64,000 nt of DNA from an uncultured Gammaproteobacteria bacterium (GCA_947259485.1 CAMYLU010000013.1:25065-89064); one strand, 5' to 3'; positions 1 through 10,223 are shown, counted from the stretch's first letter. Notes: generated by a model from the letters alone, not told the origin. Numbers and translations are program-made.

Positions 1-261
1 ACCGAGATTGATCCGGGAGGGCTTAACATTCTCGCTATCCAGGACGGGGAAACCCGCCAGGATTACCCGGTTACCGACATGATTTATAGCCCACAACAAA
101 TTGTCGCGATGATTTCCGAGTATCAAACCCTGGTACCCGGTGACCTGATCTGTTGCGGCACCTCGGTTGGCGCGCGCACGATGAAACCCGGCACTGAAAT
201 TCAGATATCGATTCCCGGCATCGGAACCCTGGTCAACCACTTCGATGATTTTCCCGGATAA
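1..261 (+). CDS. Fumarylacetoacetate hydrolase (FAH) family protein, C-terminal part; the 5' end lies upstream of the window
   Basis: Frame 1 is open from position 1 and translates to TEIDPGGLNILAIQDGETRQDYPVTDMIYSPQQIVAMISEY..PGDLICCGTSVGA..GIGTLVNHF, a typical FAH-fold C-terminus. The listed ORF at 79..261 is the tail of this frame. Confidence 0.6.
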   Translation, partial: TEIDPGGLNILAIQDGETRQDYPVTDMIYSPQQIVAMISEYQTLVPGDLICCGTSVGARTMKPGTEIQISIPGIGTLVNHFDDFPG

Positions 262-300
262 GACAGCGAGTAAATCCTTGCAGGAAATACGTCCCTCGAC

Positions 301-2067
301 ATGAACCTGGAACAATTTACCTTCCGGCTGATCGGCGCGAACAATCGCGAAAACCGGATCAGGATTACCGCCGATTGGGTGCTCGAGCAGTTCGAGCAGT
401 TTTACCAGGAGTTTCTCGAGGTGCCCTACCAGGCCAAGGCCGCGTTTGAGCAACAGCATCACAGCACCTCGATCTGGCTAAGTCGTCACCGCCTGTCGCT
501 GTATAGCTCCTATATCCATCGCATGGGCGCTTACCTGCAGGCGATACAACCCAATATTTCGGTCGACGCCAGTTTCCTGAATCAGCTCGAAGATCATTTT
601 TGGCGCGTGATCGAACACCGCTACGAATCCGATGTCGCTTACGCCTTCATGCACTCGATCCGGCGCATGGTCTACCGCGATGAATGGAAGCCGGTGGAGT
701 ATTCGACCTTAGGATTCGCCGAAAGCAGCGACAAGTACCCGGTTGAATTGCTGAAACATTTTCCGGTGAAGGATCAGGTCACCCCGGAATTGATCGCGCA
801 AATCCTGAATGAGGTACCGGAGTTTTCTATACCCTATGGTGATATTGCAGGCGATAGTTCGGCCATTACCTGGCGTATCAGTCGCCTCGCCGGTCGACGC
901 GGATCCAGTATTGAAAACCTGGAAATGATCGATGCCGGGTTCTATCGTAATCGCGGCGCCTACCTGGTAGGCAAGATCAAGTTTGCAGACGGCAGTTACG
1001 CACCACTGATTATTGCCCTGCTCAATAACAACAAAGGTGTCTACTGTGACGCGGTCATTCTCGATCATCATCTCGCCCACAACCTGTTCAGCTCGACCCT
1101 GGCAAATTTTCACGTCACTACCCGCTACTACCATGAGCTAAGCGCTTACCTGCACTCACTGATGCCCCAGCGGGCACTGGGATTGAACTATTCAACCATC
1201 GGCTACAACCATGTCGGCAAGGTCGCGGTCATCAACGAGATCAAGCAGGAAATCGCAACCACGGGCGGATTGCTGGACACCGCCATAGGAGAAGCCGGCA
1301 CAGTGGCTATCGGTTTTGCCGGACCGCAATCCGCGTACAATCTCAAGGTGATTCGTAATCACCCGACCAAAGGTTACAAGTGGGGTGCATTCGAAGGCAT
1401 CGACTCGGTCAAGGCAAAATATAGCCGGGTGCATGAAATCAATCGCACCGGTAGCATGCTGGACAATATTATTTACTTCAACATCGCACTCGAGCCTGAG
1501 TTATTTGCCGAGAGCCTGCTCGAAGAATTGTTGGTCGAGGCCAGCGAAACCGTTACCCAACAACGCGATATGGTGGTATTCAAATACCTGATCGTGCAGC
1601 CACGCATGACACCGCTGCCTGTCTTTCTCGAAAATACCGGGGAAAGAGAGATACGCATTGTCATCGAAAGTCTCGGCGACTGCATCAAGAACAATGCCGC
1701 CGCCAATATCTTCAACAAGGATCTCGATGCACGAAACTATGGCGTCAGCCATTTTCTCAAGGTTTACCTGTACGATTACGACGCACTGGAAGTCATGGTG
1801 GATGTGAAAATACGCAGTAACATCGATCGTTTCGATGGCGAAGAAGATATTCCCGACTGGTACTTCGAGGATGGCTTTGTTTTGCTGCCGGAGGAAATCG
1901 AGGCGGGTTTGTGTATTCGTGATCGTGATCATCGCGCCCTGTTTCGTCGACTTCACGGCGACTTATTGACGACTCATTACTGGGAAAAACTGCAGAACGA
2001 ACTCACTCAAAATCTGGTACCCGCTATCAAGGTATATCCCGATAGCTGTAAACTTCACCAGGACTGA
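301..2067 (+). CDS. aceK: Bifunctional isocitrate dehydrogenase kinase/phosphatase
   Basis: 588 aa. Recalled AceK hallmarks include the ..AANIF(N/P)xD..N(Y/F)GV.....V.(L/F)YDYD.. block. Length matches AceK (~575-590 aa). Confidence 0.88.
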   Translation: MNLEQFTFRLIGANNRENRIRITADWVLEQFEQFYQEFLEVPYQAKAAFEQQHHSTSIWLSRHRLSLYSSYIHRMGAYLQAIQPNISVDASFLNQLEDHFWRVIEHRYESDVAYAFMHSIRRMVYRDEWKPVEYSTLGFAESSDKYPVELLKHFPVKDQVTPELIAQILNEVPEFSIPYGDIAGDSSAITWRISRLAGRRGSSIENLEMIDAGFYRNRGAYLVGKIKFADGSYAPLIIALLNNNKGVYCDAVILDHHLAHNLFSSTLANFHVTTRYYHELSAYLHSLMPQRALGLNYSTIGYNHVGKVAVINEIKQEIATTGGLLDTAIGEAGTVAIGFAGPQSAYNLKVIRNHPTKGYKWGAFEGIDSVKAKYSRVHEINRTGSMLDNIIYFNIALEPELFAESLLEELLVEASETVTQQRDMVVFKYLIVQPRMTPLPVFLENTGEREIRIVIESLGDCIKNNAAANIFNKDLDARNYGVSHFLKVYLYDYDALEVMVDVKIRSNIDRFDGEEDIPDWYFEDGFVLLPEEIEAGLCIRDRDHRALFRRLHGDLLTTHYWEKLQNELTQNLVPAIKVYPDSCKLHQD

Positions 2068-2087
2068 TTCAATTCGATGGTAGCGTC

Positions 2088-2498
2088 ATGAGCATCGACA
2101 AACCCGTTAAGTTTTACTCGAGTAAACCGCGTGTGATTCACATGGCGATTAATATTGCATTGGCACCTGCCCTGCTTTACCTGATCGGCATCTGGCCCTG
2201 GCCACCAACCCTGCCGCATTACATCACATTTTTTGTTACCGGCCTGATCGGCATGCGTTATGCAAAGCAGCGGTTGGAACAAGCGCGACTTGCGGTCGAC
2301 AAAGATGGTCTATACGCCGGTGAATTTTACCCGACGGAGTCGATTCGAAACGTTCAAACCGTCATGCGTGCGTTAAAACTGACGCTGGTGCAGGACGGTG
2401 AAGTGCGGGAGAAAATCATCAACCTCGGCTGGGCGAGCAACGACGATTTCAACACCATCGTGCAACTCCTGGACGAACGCTTCAACCCGAAAAGTTGA
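2088..2498 (+). CDS. Hypothetical small membrane protein (two predicted TM helices in the N-terminal half)
   Basis: 136-aa ORF immediately downstream of aceK. Hydrophobic stretches IALAPALLYLIGIWPWPP and ITFFVTGLIGM. No recognisable catalytic motif. Confidence 0.45.
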   Translation: MSIDKPVKFYSSKPRVIHMAINIALAPALLYLIGIWPWPPTLPHYITFFVTGLIGMRYAKQRLEQARLAVDKDGLYAGEFYPTESIRNVQTVMRALKLTLVQDGEVREKIINLGWASNDDFNTIVQLLDERFNPKS

Positions 2499-2530
2499 TA
2501 TTCAGCACCACAGAACCCAGGCCTTAATGT

Positions 2531-2562
2531 AAGCAAAAAGAAGCCGGCACGAAGGCCGGCAA
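2531..2562 (-). terminator. Rho-independent terminator for the minus-strand operon 3671..2583
   Basis: Hairpin GCCGGC-acgaag-GCCGGC at 2543-2560. On the minus strand it is followed by TTCTTTTTGCTT. Confidence 0.5.
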
Positions 2563-2582
2563 AAGGGGAAAAGGATCGCAGC

Positions 2583-3371
2583 TCAGGGGAGCTTATTCTT
2601 CTTCTTATTTTCGCTGTTTTTACAGGGGGATAACGCGAGGGCTCCCCTGGCTGCGATCACAACCTGGATAATCAGGAAAAACGCCAGAAGTGACGCGATA
2701 CTGCCTCCGCCATGTGAATGATATTCCTCGTAATAGTAATCCTCGTAGGGATCATCCCAACTGCGGTCCTCGATCATGATGTCTCTGCCGAGATAGTAAT
2801 AATCGAGAACTTCGCTGGTTACCATATAGGCATGGTCGAGGCTGTAGATCTCGATCAATATGTCGTAATAACCCGGCGGGTATCCTTCAAGCAGTTCGGT
2901 TTCGACCTCGTAGGTGTCGGTAACATCAACACCGTGAATCGAAAACAGGTCGGTGGTGTAATACTGGCTCCAGGGCTCACCTTCCCGGCTCAGGTAAAGC
3001 TTGGCGTAAACCGTGGCGTTGTCATAACTGACATCTACGTCAAAATAGACGTTGATGGCGTGGTGGTAACCATCGCCATCGATGTCAGATATCAGCGCCA
3101 CGTCCGCATCATAGACCTCGAATAACTGGTCGTGTCGATTCGCAATACCGGCAAGACCCTGCCCGGCTCCTGAAGCCGCGTAATTCTCCGGCTCGGTGGG
3201 CCTGGCCTTGACTACCGGCTCGCGCTGTTGCAGCACCTGTGACAGATCGGTTTCCTGATCCAGTCGCAACTTGCCGGCCGAACGGCTGGACTGTTGCGGC
3301 TCCGCAGCGAGCGCGGGCAGGTCAAATCCCAGTAACACCAGCGACAGTAAAATGATTCCAAATGTTTTCAT
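2583..3371 (-). CDS. Secreted acidic Tyr/Asp-rich protein with a C-terminal GlyGly-CTERM-like sorting tail
   Basis: Signal peptide MKTFGIILLSLVLLGFDLPALA. The acidic, aromatic-rich body has a DIDGDGYHH motif. The C-terminus is ..HSHGGGS-IASLLAFFLIIQVVIAA-RGALALSPCKNSENKKKNKLP, i.e. Gly-Gly, a hydrophobic helix, then a basic tail. Confidence 0.6.
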   Translation of the reverse strand: MKTFGIILLSLVLLGFDLPALAAEPQQSSRSAGKLRLDQETDLSQVLQQREPVVKARPTEPENYAASGAGQGLAGIANRHDQLFEVYDADVALISDIDGDGYHHAINVYFDVDVSYDNATVYAKLYLSREGEPWSQYYTTDLFSIHGVDVTDTYEVETELLEGYPPGYYDILIEIYSLDHAYMVTSEVLDYYYLGRDIMIEDRSWDDPYEDYYYEEYHSHGGGSIASLLAFFLIIQVVIAARGALALSPCKNSENKKKNKLP

Positions 3372-3380
3372 CGTCTTTTA

Positions 3381-3671
3381 TTAGTGCTTGTAATGTTTGC
3401 GTCTTTTATTATGGTAGCCACCATGGCTGTGGCTGTGCCGGCGATGATGCTTGTAGCGGTGCGGCCGGTAGTGGCCGTAATGACCGCCGTAGTGACGCCC
3501 GTAATGACCGTGATGGCCATGATGAAACAGCGCGCTCAACGCAATAAAAGCCACCGCGGGTCCTACAATATTGTGACCATGGTGTGCGCTGGCCGGTGCA
3601 CTGGCTAAAGTTAAGACGACCACGCTTGCTGCCGCCATCATTCGTAGTTTGTTTACCTTCAAGTTAACCAT
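3381..3671 (-). CDS. Small secreted histidine/tyrosine/glycine-rich protein, putatively metal-binding
   Basis: 96 aa. Signal peptide MMAAASVVVLTLASAPASA followed by HHGHNIV..HHGHHGHYGRHYGGHYGHYRPHRYKHHRRHSHSHGGYHNKRRKHYKH. It lies 9 nt upstream of the 2583..3371 gene on the same strand. The plus-strand ORF 3384..3608 is antisense to it and lacks a signal peptide. Confidence 0.5.
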   Translation of the reverse strand: MVNLKVNKLRMMAAASVVVLTLASAPASAHHGHNIVGPAVAFIALSALFHHGHHGHYGRHYGGHYGHYRPHRYKHHRRHSHSHGGYHNKRRKHYKH

Positions 3672-3783
3672 TACTATCTCCCGTTGTGCCTGGTAACGAC
3701 GCCAATTTAGCGCGTGCTGTCTTAATCCAGGCTGAACCAGAAATATTTTTGATGAAAATGTTACTCAATTAAAACGGACGCTT

Positions 3784-4398
3784 ATGAATAGCCTTCGACT
3801 CGATTCCGCCAGCTTTACGCCCTCCAAGATCGTTTGTATCGGCCGCAATTACCTCGAGCATATTCGCGAACTGGGCAATGAAACCCCGGATCAGATGGTG
3901 ATTTTCAACAAGCCCAACTCGGCGATTTCGGCAACGCTTCATGCAACGCATGAAGAACCGCTGCACTATGAGGGCGAAATCTGCTTTATGGTGCGTAACA
4001 GAAAATTGCATGCTGTTGGTTTCGGGCTTGACTTGACCCGGCGCGAGCTCCAGTCAAACCTGAAAGCCAGGGGTTTACCCTGGGAGCGGGCCAAGGCCTT
4101 CGATGGCGCGGCATGCTTCAGCGATTTCATACCGCTTGGCGATATCGAGATTGCCAGCCTGTCTCTGCAACTCGAGATCAATGGTGAACTACGCCAGGAT
4201 GGCGGTTACGAATTAATGATGCACAAGCCTGAACAGATTCTGCTCGACATCCAGCAATTCATGACCCTTGAAGATGATGACATTATCATGACCGGTACGC
4301 CCAAAGGCGTTGGGCAGGTTCAGGCCGGCGATCGATTTGTCGGCAGCATCAGAAGCGACGATCAATTGCTGATCAGCCAGCTATGGCTAGCCGAGTAA
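3784..4398 (+). CDS. Fumarylacetoacetate hydrolase (FAH) family protein (YcgM-like)
   Basis: 204 aa with IVCIGRNYLEH.., ..MVIFNKP.., ..GEICFMV.. and ..DIIMTGTPKGVG.. motifs typical of the FAH fold. Confidence 0.85.
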   Translation: MNSLRLDSASFTPSKIVCIGRNYLEHIRELGNETPDQMVIFNKPNSAISATLHATHEEPLHYEGEICFMVRNRKLHAVGFGLDLTRRELQSNLKARGLPWERAKAFDGAACFSDFIPLGDIEIASLSLQLEINGELRQDGGYELMMHKPEQILLDIQQFMTLEDDDIIMTGTPKGVGQVQAGDRFVGSIRSDDQLLISQLWLAE

Positions 4399-4403
4399 CG
4401 GGC

Positions 4404-4437
4404 AAAAAAAAGGCCGGAACGCATCCGGCCTTTTTTA
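4404..4437. terminator. Bidirectional rho-independent terminator between the FAH gene (+) and rpsT (-)
   Basis: A8 run, then hairpin GGCCGGAacgcaTCCGGCC, then T6. Both strands read as stem plus U-tract. Confidence 0.7.
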
Positions 4438-4453
4438 TATTGAAACGGTTCCT

Positions 4454-4714
4454 TTACAGCGCCTTGATCTGGGCATTCATGCGGCTCTTGTGGCGCGCGG
4501 CCTTATTGTGACTGATCAGACCGTGAGTGGCTGCACTATCGAGTATCGGCACTACCTTTTTAAAGGCTTCTTCAGCAGTTTTCTTATCGGCAGCGGTAAT
4601 CGCGGCCATGGTTGCCTTAAGATGAGTCCGCATCATTGAGCGGCGACTGGCGTTGTTCTGGCGACGCTGTTCGGCCTGGTTTGCACGTTTACGCGCGGAT
4701 GCTGAATTTGCCAA
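4454..4714 (-). CDS. rpsT: 30S ribosomal protein S20
   Basis: 86 aa, [30 protein letters not shown].., highly basic. Matches the S20 N-terminus. Confidence 0.95.
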   Translation of the reverse strand: MANSASARKRANQAEQRRQNNASRRSMMRTHLKATMAAITAADKKTAEEAFKKVVPILDSAATHGLISHNKAARHKSRMNAQIKAL

Positions 4715-4877
4715 GGTTTACTCCTGGTATCGGGCTTGAAAAACGAGGCGCGCATTATCTTCACTGCACCTGGCGCTGTCAACCCGAATTCGGCCGAAAT
4801 GACTGATACAGCGCGACTTAAAATGCTAGAATTCGCCGCTTTGACAGGCCGGAAACCAATCTGTTTATATCCCTGAA

Positions 4878-6428
4878 ATGAGCGCGCTGATTAAATCCAC
4901 GGTCTCGGTAGGCTCGATGACGCTCCTGTCTCGCGTGCTGGGGCTCGCAAGGGATATCGTTATCGCACGCTTCTTTTCCGCCAGCGACGCCGCAGATGCT
5001 TTTTTTGTCGCCTTCAAGATTCCTAATTTCCTGCGCAGACTATTTGCCGAGGGTGCGTTTTCACTGGCCTTCGTGCCGGTCCTGTCCGAGTACCGCAATA
5101 ACTACTCGGCAGCTCAGACCCGTGAACTTATTGATCGCGTCGCCGGCACGCTGGGCTTTATTTTACTTTTGCTAAGCCTGTTAGGCGTTGCTGCCTCACC
5201 GCTGCTAATCAGTATTTTTGCCGCTGGTTTTATCGATCAGCCCGCCAAGTTTGACCTGACTGCAGATATGTTGCGGCTGACCTTCCCCTACATCCTGTTA
5301 ATATCGATGACCGCGATGGCCGGTGGCATTCTCAACACCTGGAAGCGCTTCGCGGTACCCGCTTTTACACCCGTCCTGCTCAACCTGAGTCTGATCGGTT
5401 GCGCCATGTGGTTGAGCCCCCGACTCGACGTGCCGATTACCGGACTTGCCTGGGGTGTGTTGCTCGCCGGTATCCTGCAGCTACTGTTTCAATTGCCCTT
5501 CCTGTATCGCGCGCAATTATTGCCACGACCGAAATGGGGCTGGCGTCACGAGGGTGTACAAAAAATCATCAAACTGATGATTCCAGCGTTGTTCGGGTCA
5601 TCGGTGGCGCAGATCAACCTGCTGTTCGATACCTTTATCGCGTCTTTCCTGATCACCGGCAGTGTCTCCTGGCTCTATTACTCGGACCGCCTGCTCGAAT
5701 TCCCGCTGGGTGTATTTGGTATCGCACTGGCAACCGTGGTCTTGCCCAACCTGTCCGCGGCGCATTACAAGGAAGGCGACGATAGCTTCAACCAGACCCT
5801 GGCCTGGGCAGTCCAGTTGTCCCTGATCATTGCCGTACCGGCAACCTTCGGCCTGTTTATACTGGCACAACCCATACTGGCGACACTGTTTGAATACGGC
5901 GCTTTCCAGGCAAACGATTCGATGATGGCGGCCTACAGCCTGATGGCTTACAGCCTCGGCTTACCGGCGTTTATTATGATTAAAATCCTCGCCAACGGAT
6001 TTTACGCGCGCCAGGACACCAGGACACCGGTGCGTATCGGCATCCAGGCGATGGTACTTAACATGGCGTTAAACGTCGTTCTTGTGGTCTCCATGCTGCA
6101 AGCGGACTTCCTCGCACCGCATGTCGGGCTGGCGCTGGCAACCTCCGCCGCGGCCTATTTCAATGCATTCCGGCTGGCGCGCGAGTTAAGGCGCGATGCC
6201 ATCCTGGGTCCACTTGAAACCTTTAGCAAACCACTACTTAAAATCCTGTTCGCCTGCATTGCGATGGGACTGTTAATTCACATCTTTCTGCCGGACCAGG
6301 AAATGTGGAGCGAATGGCGCTGGTATCAGCGCCTGACCCAACTCCTGTGGATGATCCTGCCGGCAATCTTGTGCTATAGCCTGGTGCTTTGGATAATGGG
6401 CTTTCGCCGCAAAAATCTTATTGCCTGA
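4878..6428 (+). CDS. murJ: Murein biosynthesis integral membrane protein MurJ (lipid II flippase)
   Basis: 516 aa polytopic membrane protein. ..LLSRVLGLARDIVIARFFSASDAADAFFVAFKIPNFLRRLFAEGAFSLAFVPVL.. is the MurJ/MviN signature. Divergent from rpsT, as in Enterobacteria. Confidence 0.9.
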   Translation: MSALIKSTVSVGSMTLLSRVLGLARDIVIARFFSASDAADAFFVAFKIPNFLRRLFAEGAFSLAFVPVLSEYRNNYSAAQTRELIDRVAGTLGFILLLLSLLGVAASPLLISIFAAGFIDQPAKFDLTADMLRLTFPYILLISMTAMAGGILNTWKRFAVPAFTPVLLNLSLIGCAMWLSPRLDVPITGLAWGVLLAGILQLLFQLPFLYRAQLLPRPKWGWRHEGVQKIIKLMIPALFGSSVAQINLLFDTFIASFLITGSVSWLYYSDRLLEFPLGVFGIALATVVLPNLSAAHYKEGDDSFNQTLAWAVQLSLIIAVPATFGLFILAQPILATLFEYGAFQANDSMMAAYSLMAYSLGLPAFIMIKILANGFYARQDTRTPVRIGIQAMVLNMALNVVLVVSMLQADFLAPHVGLALATSAAAYFNAFRLARELRRDAILGPLETFSKPLLKILFACIAMGLLIHIFLPDQEMWSEWRWYQRLTQLLWMILPAILCYSLVLWIMGFRRKNLIA

Positions 6429-6434
6429 TCTCTG

Positions 6435-7367
6435 ATGAAGTTAATCCGTGGACTATACAACCTGAGGCAGCCGATTCCTGCAAGCGCGGTAACGATTGGC
6501 AATTTCGATGGTGTTCACCGTGGTCATCAACTCGTCATCGGCCAGTTAAAACAGGTTGCCGCCACGACGTCCCTGCCCACCGTGGTGATCATCTTCGAGC
6601 CTCAGCCGATCGAGTATTTCGCCCCCGACAAAGCACCAAAAAGGCTAGCGCGGTTTCGTGAAAAAATCGCCTATTTAAAGGCGCAGCAAATCGACTACCT
6701 GCTATGTCTGCATTTCGACCATAGACTCGCCGCACAAAGCGCCGAGGATTTCGTCCAGCAAATTCTCATCAACAGCCTGAACACGAAGCACCTGGTGATC
6801 GGCGACGACTTCCACTTTGGCAAAAATCGCCAGGGCAATTTTCAGTTTCTTAAGGACAACGCTGAGCGTTACGGCTTCATGGTCGATGAAACCGAAACCC
6901 TGATGATCGATGGCGAGCGCGTCAGCAGCACGCGCATCCGCGAGAGTATTCAGCAGGGTGATTTTGAAAAAGCGGCCGAGCTACTCGGCCGCCCTTACTC
7001 GTTGTCGGGTCGCATTGCACATGGGCAGAAACTTGGTCGCGAACTCGGATATCCGACCATTAATATAAAAATGGGGGATAAAACCCTGATCGTTAAAGGA
7101 ATATTTGCGGTTAACGTGAAAGGATTGGATAATCGCATGCTGGAGGGCGTGGCCAGCATTGGCACTCGCCCGACGGTTAACGGCGTCGACACTATTCTCG
7201 AAGTATATATTCTTGATTTTGACCGGGACGTGTATGGCTATAGCGTCGAGGTTAATTTTTTGCACAAGATCCGTAACGAAGAGAAGTTTGATTCCCTCGA
7301 GGAATTAGCCGCCCATATTGCGCAGGACACCGAGAAGGCTAAGGCCTATTTTAAACGAGATAAATGA
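6435..7367 (+). CDS. ribF: Bifunctional riboflavin kinase / FMN adenylyltransferase
   Basis: 310 aa. GNFDGVHRGHQ nucleotidyltransferase motif and C-terminal riboflavin kinase domain. Lies upstream of ileS as in the conserved operon. Confidence 0.92.
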   Translation: MKLIRGLYNLRQPIPASAVTIGNFDGVHRGHQLVIGQLKQVAATTSLPTVVIIFEPQPIEYFAPDKAPKRLARFREKIAYLKAQQIDYLLCLHFDHRLAAQSAEDFVQQILINSLNTKHLVIGDDFHFGKNRQGNFQFLKDNAERYGFMVDETETLMIDGERVSSTRIRESIQQGDFEKAAELLGRPYSLSGRIAHGQKLGRELGYPTINIKMGDKTLIVKGIFAVNVKGLDNRMLEGVASIGTRPTVNGVDTILEVYILDFDRDVYGYSVEVNFLHKIRNEEKFDSLEELAAHIAQDTEKAKAYFKRDK

Positions 7368-7370
7368 CAG

Positions 7371-10205
7371 TTGGCTGATTACAAATCTACATTAAATTTA
7401 CCTGACACCGAGTTCCCGATGCGCGGCAATCTCGCCAATCGTGAACCCGAGCGTCTGCAGAAGTGGCAGGACCAGGATCTTTACCAGGTCATCCGGAATG
7501 CGCGTGTCGGTCGCAAACGTTACGTGTTGCACGATGGCCCACCCTATGCCAACGGCGATATTCACATCGGCCACGCGGTCAACAAGATTCTCAAGGACAT
7601 GATTGTCAAATCACGGACCCTGAACGGTGAAGATGCGCCCTACGTGCCGGGCTGGGATTGTCACGGATTGCCGATCGAGCACCAGGTGGAAAAGAGTTTA
7701 GGCAAGGTTGGCGTCAAGGTCGAGGCCGATGAGTTTCGCCAGGCCTGCCGCGACTATGCGCTCAAGCAGATCGACCAGCAGCGTGTCGATTTTATCCGGC
7801 TCGGCGTGCTGGGTGACTGGTATAAACCTTACTTGACGATGAACTTTGATACCGAGGCTAACATCGTGCGCGCGGTTGGCAAGATTATCGAGAACGGGCA
7901 TGTCGTGCGTGGCGATAAACCGGTCCACTGGTGTATTGATTGTGGTTCGGCGCTGGCCGAGGCCGAGGTCGATTACAAGGACAAGACCTCGCCCGCGATC
8001 GACGTGCGTTTCGCGGTAATCGATGAAGCCGCATTCGTGGCTGCGCTGGAAAGCGAAGCCGAAGATCCCGGCGAAGGCCCGATATCGTTACTGATCTGGA
8101 CCACTACACCCTGGACTTTACCCGCAAACCTCGCGGTTGCACTCAACCCCACAGAAGAGTACGTGCTGCTGCAGGCCGAGACCGGGCTGGGAACGGAACG
8201 CCTGTTCCTTGCCAGCGACCTGATGCAGGATGCCCTCAAACGTTATGGGATCGACGACTATAAAATTGTCGCACGTGGCAGGGGTGAAGTTCTGGAGCGC
8301 CATCGCCTGCGGCACCCGTTTTATGATCGAGAGTCGATGATTGTCATCGGCGATCACGTTACTCTCGAAGCCGGCACCGGGGCCGTTCACACCGCGCCGG
8401 GTCACGGCCAGGATGACTTTGTTCTCGGTAAGAAATACGGTCTCGAGATTTATAACCCGGTTGGCGGCAATGGTTGTTTTCTGCCCGCTACCGAATTGTT
8501 TGCCGGCGAGCATGTATTTGCCGCCAACGATCACGTGATCGAGGTACTCAAGGAAAAAAATGCGCTGATTCATGTCGAGAAATACCAGCACAGTTATCCA
8601 CATTGCTGGAGACATAAATCGCCGATTATCTTTCGTGCGACCCCGCAATGGTTCATCAGCATGGAACAGGCCGGTCTGCGTGATCTCGCCATGGCCGAGA
8701 TCAAGAAAGTTCGCTGGGTTCCCTCCTGGGGACAGGCACGCATCGAAAGCATGATTGAAAACCGGCCGGACTGGTGTATCTCGCGGCAACGGTTCTGGGG
8801 CGTACCGATTCCGTTATTTATGCATCGCGAGACCCAGGCATTGCATCCAAGGACTGCAGAACTGATCGAAGTCGTCGCCCAACGCATCGAGGAAAATGGA
8901 ATCCAGGCCTGGTTTTCACTCGAGGCGAGCGAACTGCTCGGCGACGAAGTCGACGACTACGTCAAGCTCGGCGACACCCTCGACGTCTGGTTCGATTCGG
9001 GCACCACCCACTACAGCATCCTGCAACAGGATGACCGTTTCACTTTTCCCGCCGACATGTATCTCGAAGGTTCGGATCAGCACCGCGGCTGGTTTCACTC
9101 GTCACTGCTGGCTTCCTGCGCGATGCATGGCCAGGCACCTTATCGCCAGGTGTTGACGCATGGCTTTACCGTCGATGCCAAGGGCATGAAAATGTCAAAG
9201 TCGGTCGGTAACGTTATTGCGCCGATCAAGGTCACCAAAACCCTCGGCGCTGATATTCTGCGGCTGTGGGTTGCCGCTACCGATTACTCCGGCGAAATGT
9301 CGATTTCGGACGAAATTCTGAAACGCACGGCAGATTCCTACCGCCGCATCCGCAATACGCTGCGCTTCCTGTTGGCCAATACCAATGGTTTCGATCCCGC
9401 CAGCGATGCGGTTGCCGCCACCGACCTGCTGGCCCTGGATCAATGGATCGTCGCGGAAACATTTAACCTGCAAACAGAATTGCAGGCGCACTACGAGGAC
9501 TATCATTTCCATATCGCAATTCAGAAAATTCATAATTTCTGCTCGGAAACGCTCGGCGGATTTTACCTGGACGTGATCAAGGACCGGCAGTACACCACGC
9601 AGGCTGATTCGCTGGCGCGTCGTTCCTGCCAGACCGCGATGTACCACGTCACCGAGGCAATGACCCGCTGGATCGCCCCAATTTTGAGTTTTACCGCCGA
9701 CGAAGTCTGGGAAAACATGCCCGGTGAGCGCGATGATCTCGGCGTCTTCACCGCCGAATGGTACGACGGCCTGTTCCCCTACTCGAACGCCGAGATCGAT
9801 CCTTCGGTCTGGGATTCCGTCGAGCAGGTGCGCGCGGAAGTCACGCGCAAACTGGAAAGCCTGCGCCAGGATGGCAGCATCGGCTCCAGCCTCGATGCCG
9901 AGGTTACGATTCTCGCCAACCAGGCACTGATCGATGAACTGCAGGTTATCGGTGACGAATTACGTTTCGTCATGATAACCTCTGCGGCGACCATGGCGGT
10001 ACTGGATGCAACACAAAGCGAGGAGGTGGTCACGCTGCGCAATGGCAACCGCATTTCGATACAGGCCAATCCAAGCAATCATCAGAAATGTGCGCGCTGC
10101 TGGCATCACCGCGAGGAAGTCGGTAGTGATAGCGATCACCCGGAACTCTGTGCGCGCTGTATCGTCAACGTCGATGGTGATGGTGAACAACGCCGCTACG
10201 CCTGA
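7371..10205 (+). CDS. ileS: Isoleucine--tRNA ligase
   Basis: 944 aa. The N-terminus (M)[25 protein letters not shown] matches IleS. A KMSKS motif and C-terminal zinc-finger cysteines are present. Apparent TTG start sits 4 nt after the ribF stop. Confidence 0.93.
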   Translation: MADYKSTLNLPDTEFPMRGNLANREPERLQKWQDQDLYQVIRNARVGRKRYVLHDGPPYANGDIHIGHAVNKILKDMIVKSRTLNGEDAPYVPGWDCHGLPIEHQVEKSLGKVGVKVEADEFRQACRDYALKQIDQQRVDFIRLGVLGDWYKPYLTMNFDTEANIVRAVGKIIENGHVVRGDKPVHWCIDCGSALAEAEVDYKDKTSPAIDVRFAVIDEAAFVAALESEAEDPGEGPISLLIWTTTPWTLPANLAVALNPTEEYVLLQAETGLGTERLFLASDLMQDALKRYGIDDYKIVARGRGEVLERHRLRHPFYDRESMIVIGDHVTLEAGTGAVHTAPGHGQDDFVLGKKYGLEIYNPVGGNGCFLPATELFAGEHVFAANDHVIEVLKEKNALIHVEKYQHSYPHCWRHKSPIIFRATPQWFISMEQAGLRDLAMAEIKKVRWVPSWGQARIESMIENRPDWCISRQRFWGVPIPLFMHRETQALHPRTAELIEVVAQRIEENGIQAWFSLEASELLGDEVDDYVKLGDTLDVWFDSGTTHYSILQQDDRFTFPADMYLEGSDQHRGWFHSSLLASCAMHGQAPYRQVLTHGFTVDAKGMKMSKSVGNVIAPIKVTKTLGADILRLWVAATDYSGEMSISDEILKRTADSYRRIRNTLRFLLANTNGFDPASDAVAATDLLALDQWIVAETFNLQTELQAHYEDYHFHIAIQKIHNFCSETLGGFYLDVIKDRQYTTQADSLARRSCQTAMYHVTEAMTRWIAPILSFTADEVWENMPGERDDLGVFTAEWYDGLFPYSNAEIDPSVWDSVEQVRAEVTRKLESLRQDGSIGSSLDAEVTILANQALIDELQVIGDELRFVMITSAATMAVLDATQSEEVVTLRNGNRISIQANPSNHQKCARCWHHREEVGSDSDHPELCARCIVNVDGDGEQRRYA

Positions 10206-10223
10206 GATGACCTGTAACCTGCT

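Noticed and set aside
709-1956. Several 80-150-aa minus-strand ORFs inside aceK (709..1134, 1192..1434, 1473..1718, 1501..1956)
   Set aside because: All are antisense to a confidently identified full-length aceK, with no motifs. They are typical spurious ORFs.
3384-3608. Plus-strand 74-aa ORF (MLVMFASFIMVATMAVAV...) opposite the His-rich gene
   Set aside because: It is a mirror-frame artefact of the repetitive CAC/CAT/GGC codons. The minus-strand frame has a proper signal peptide and is operonic with the downstream gene. The plus frame remains a formal alternative.
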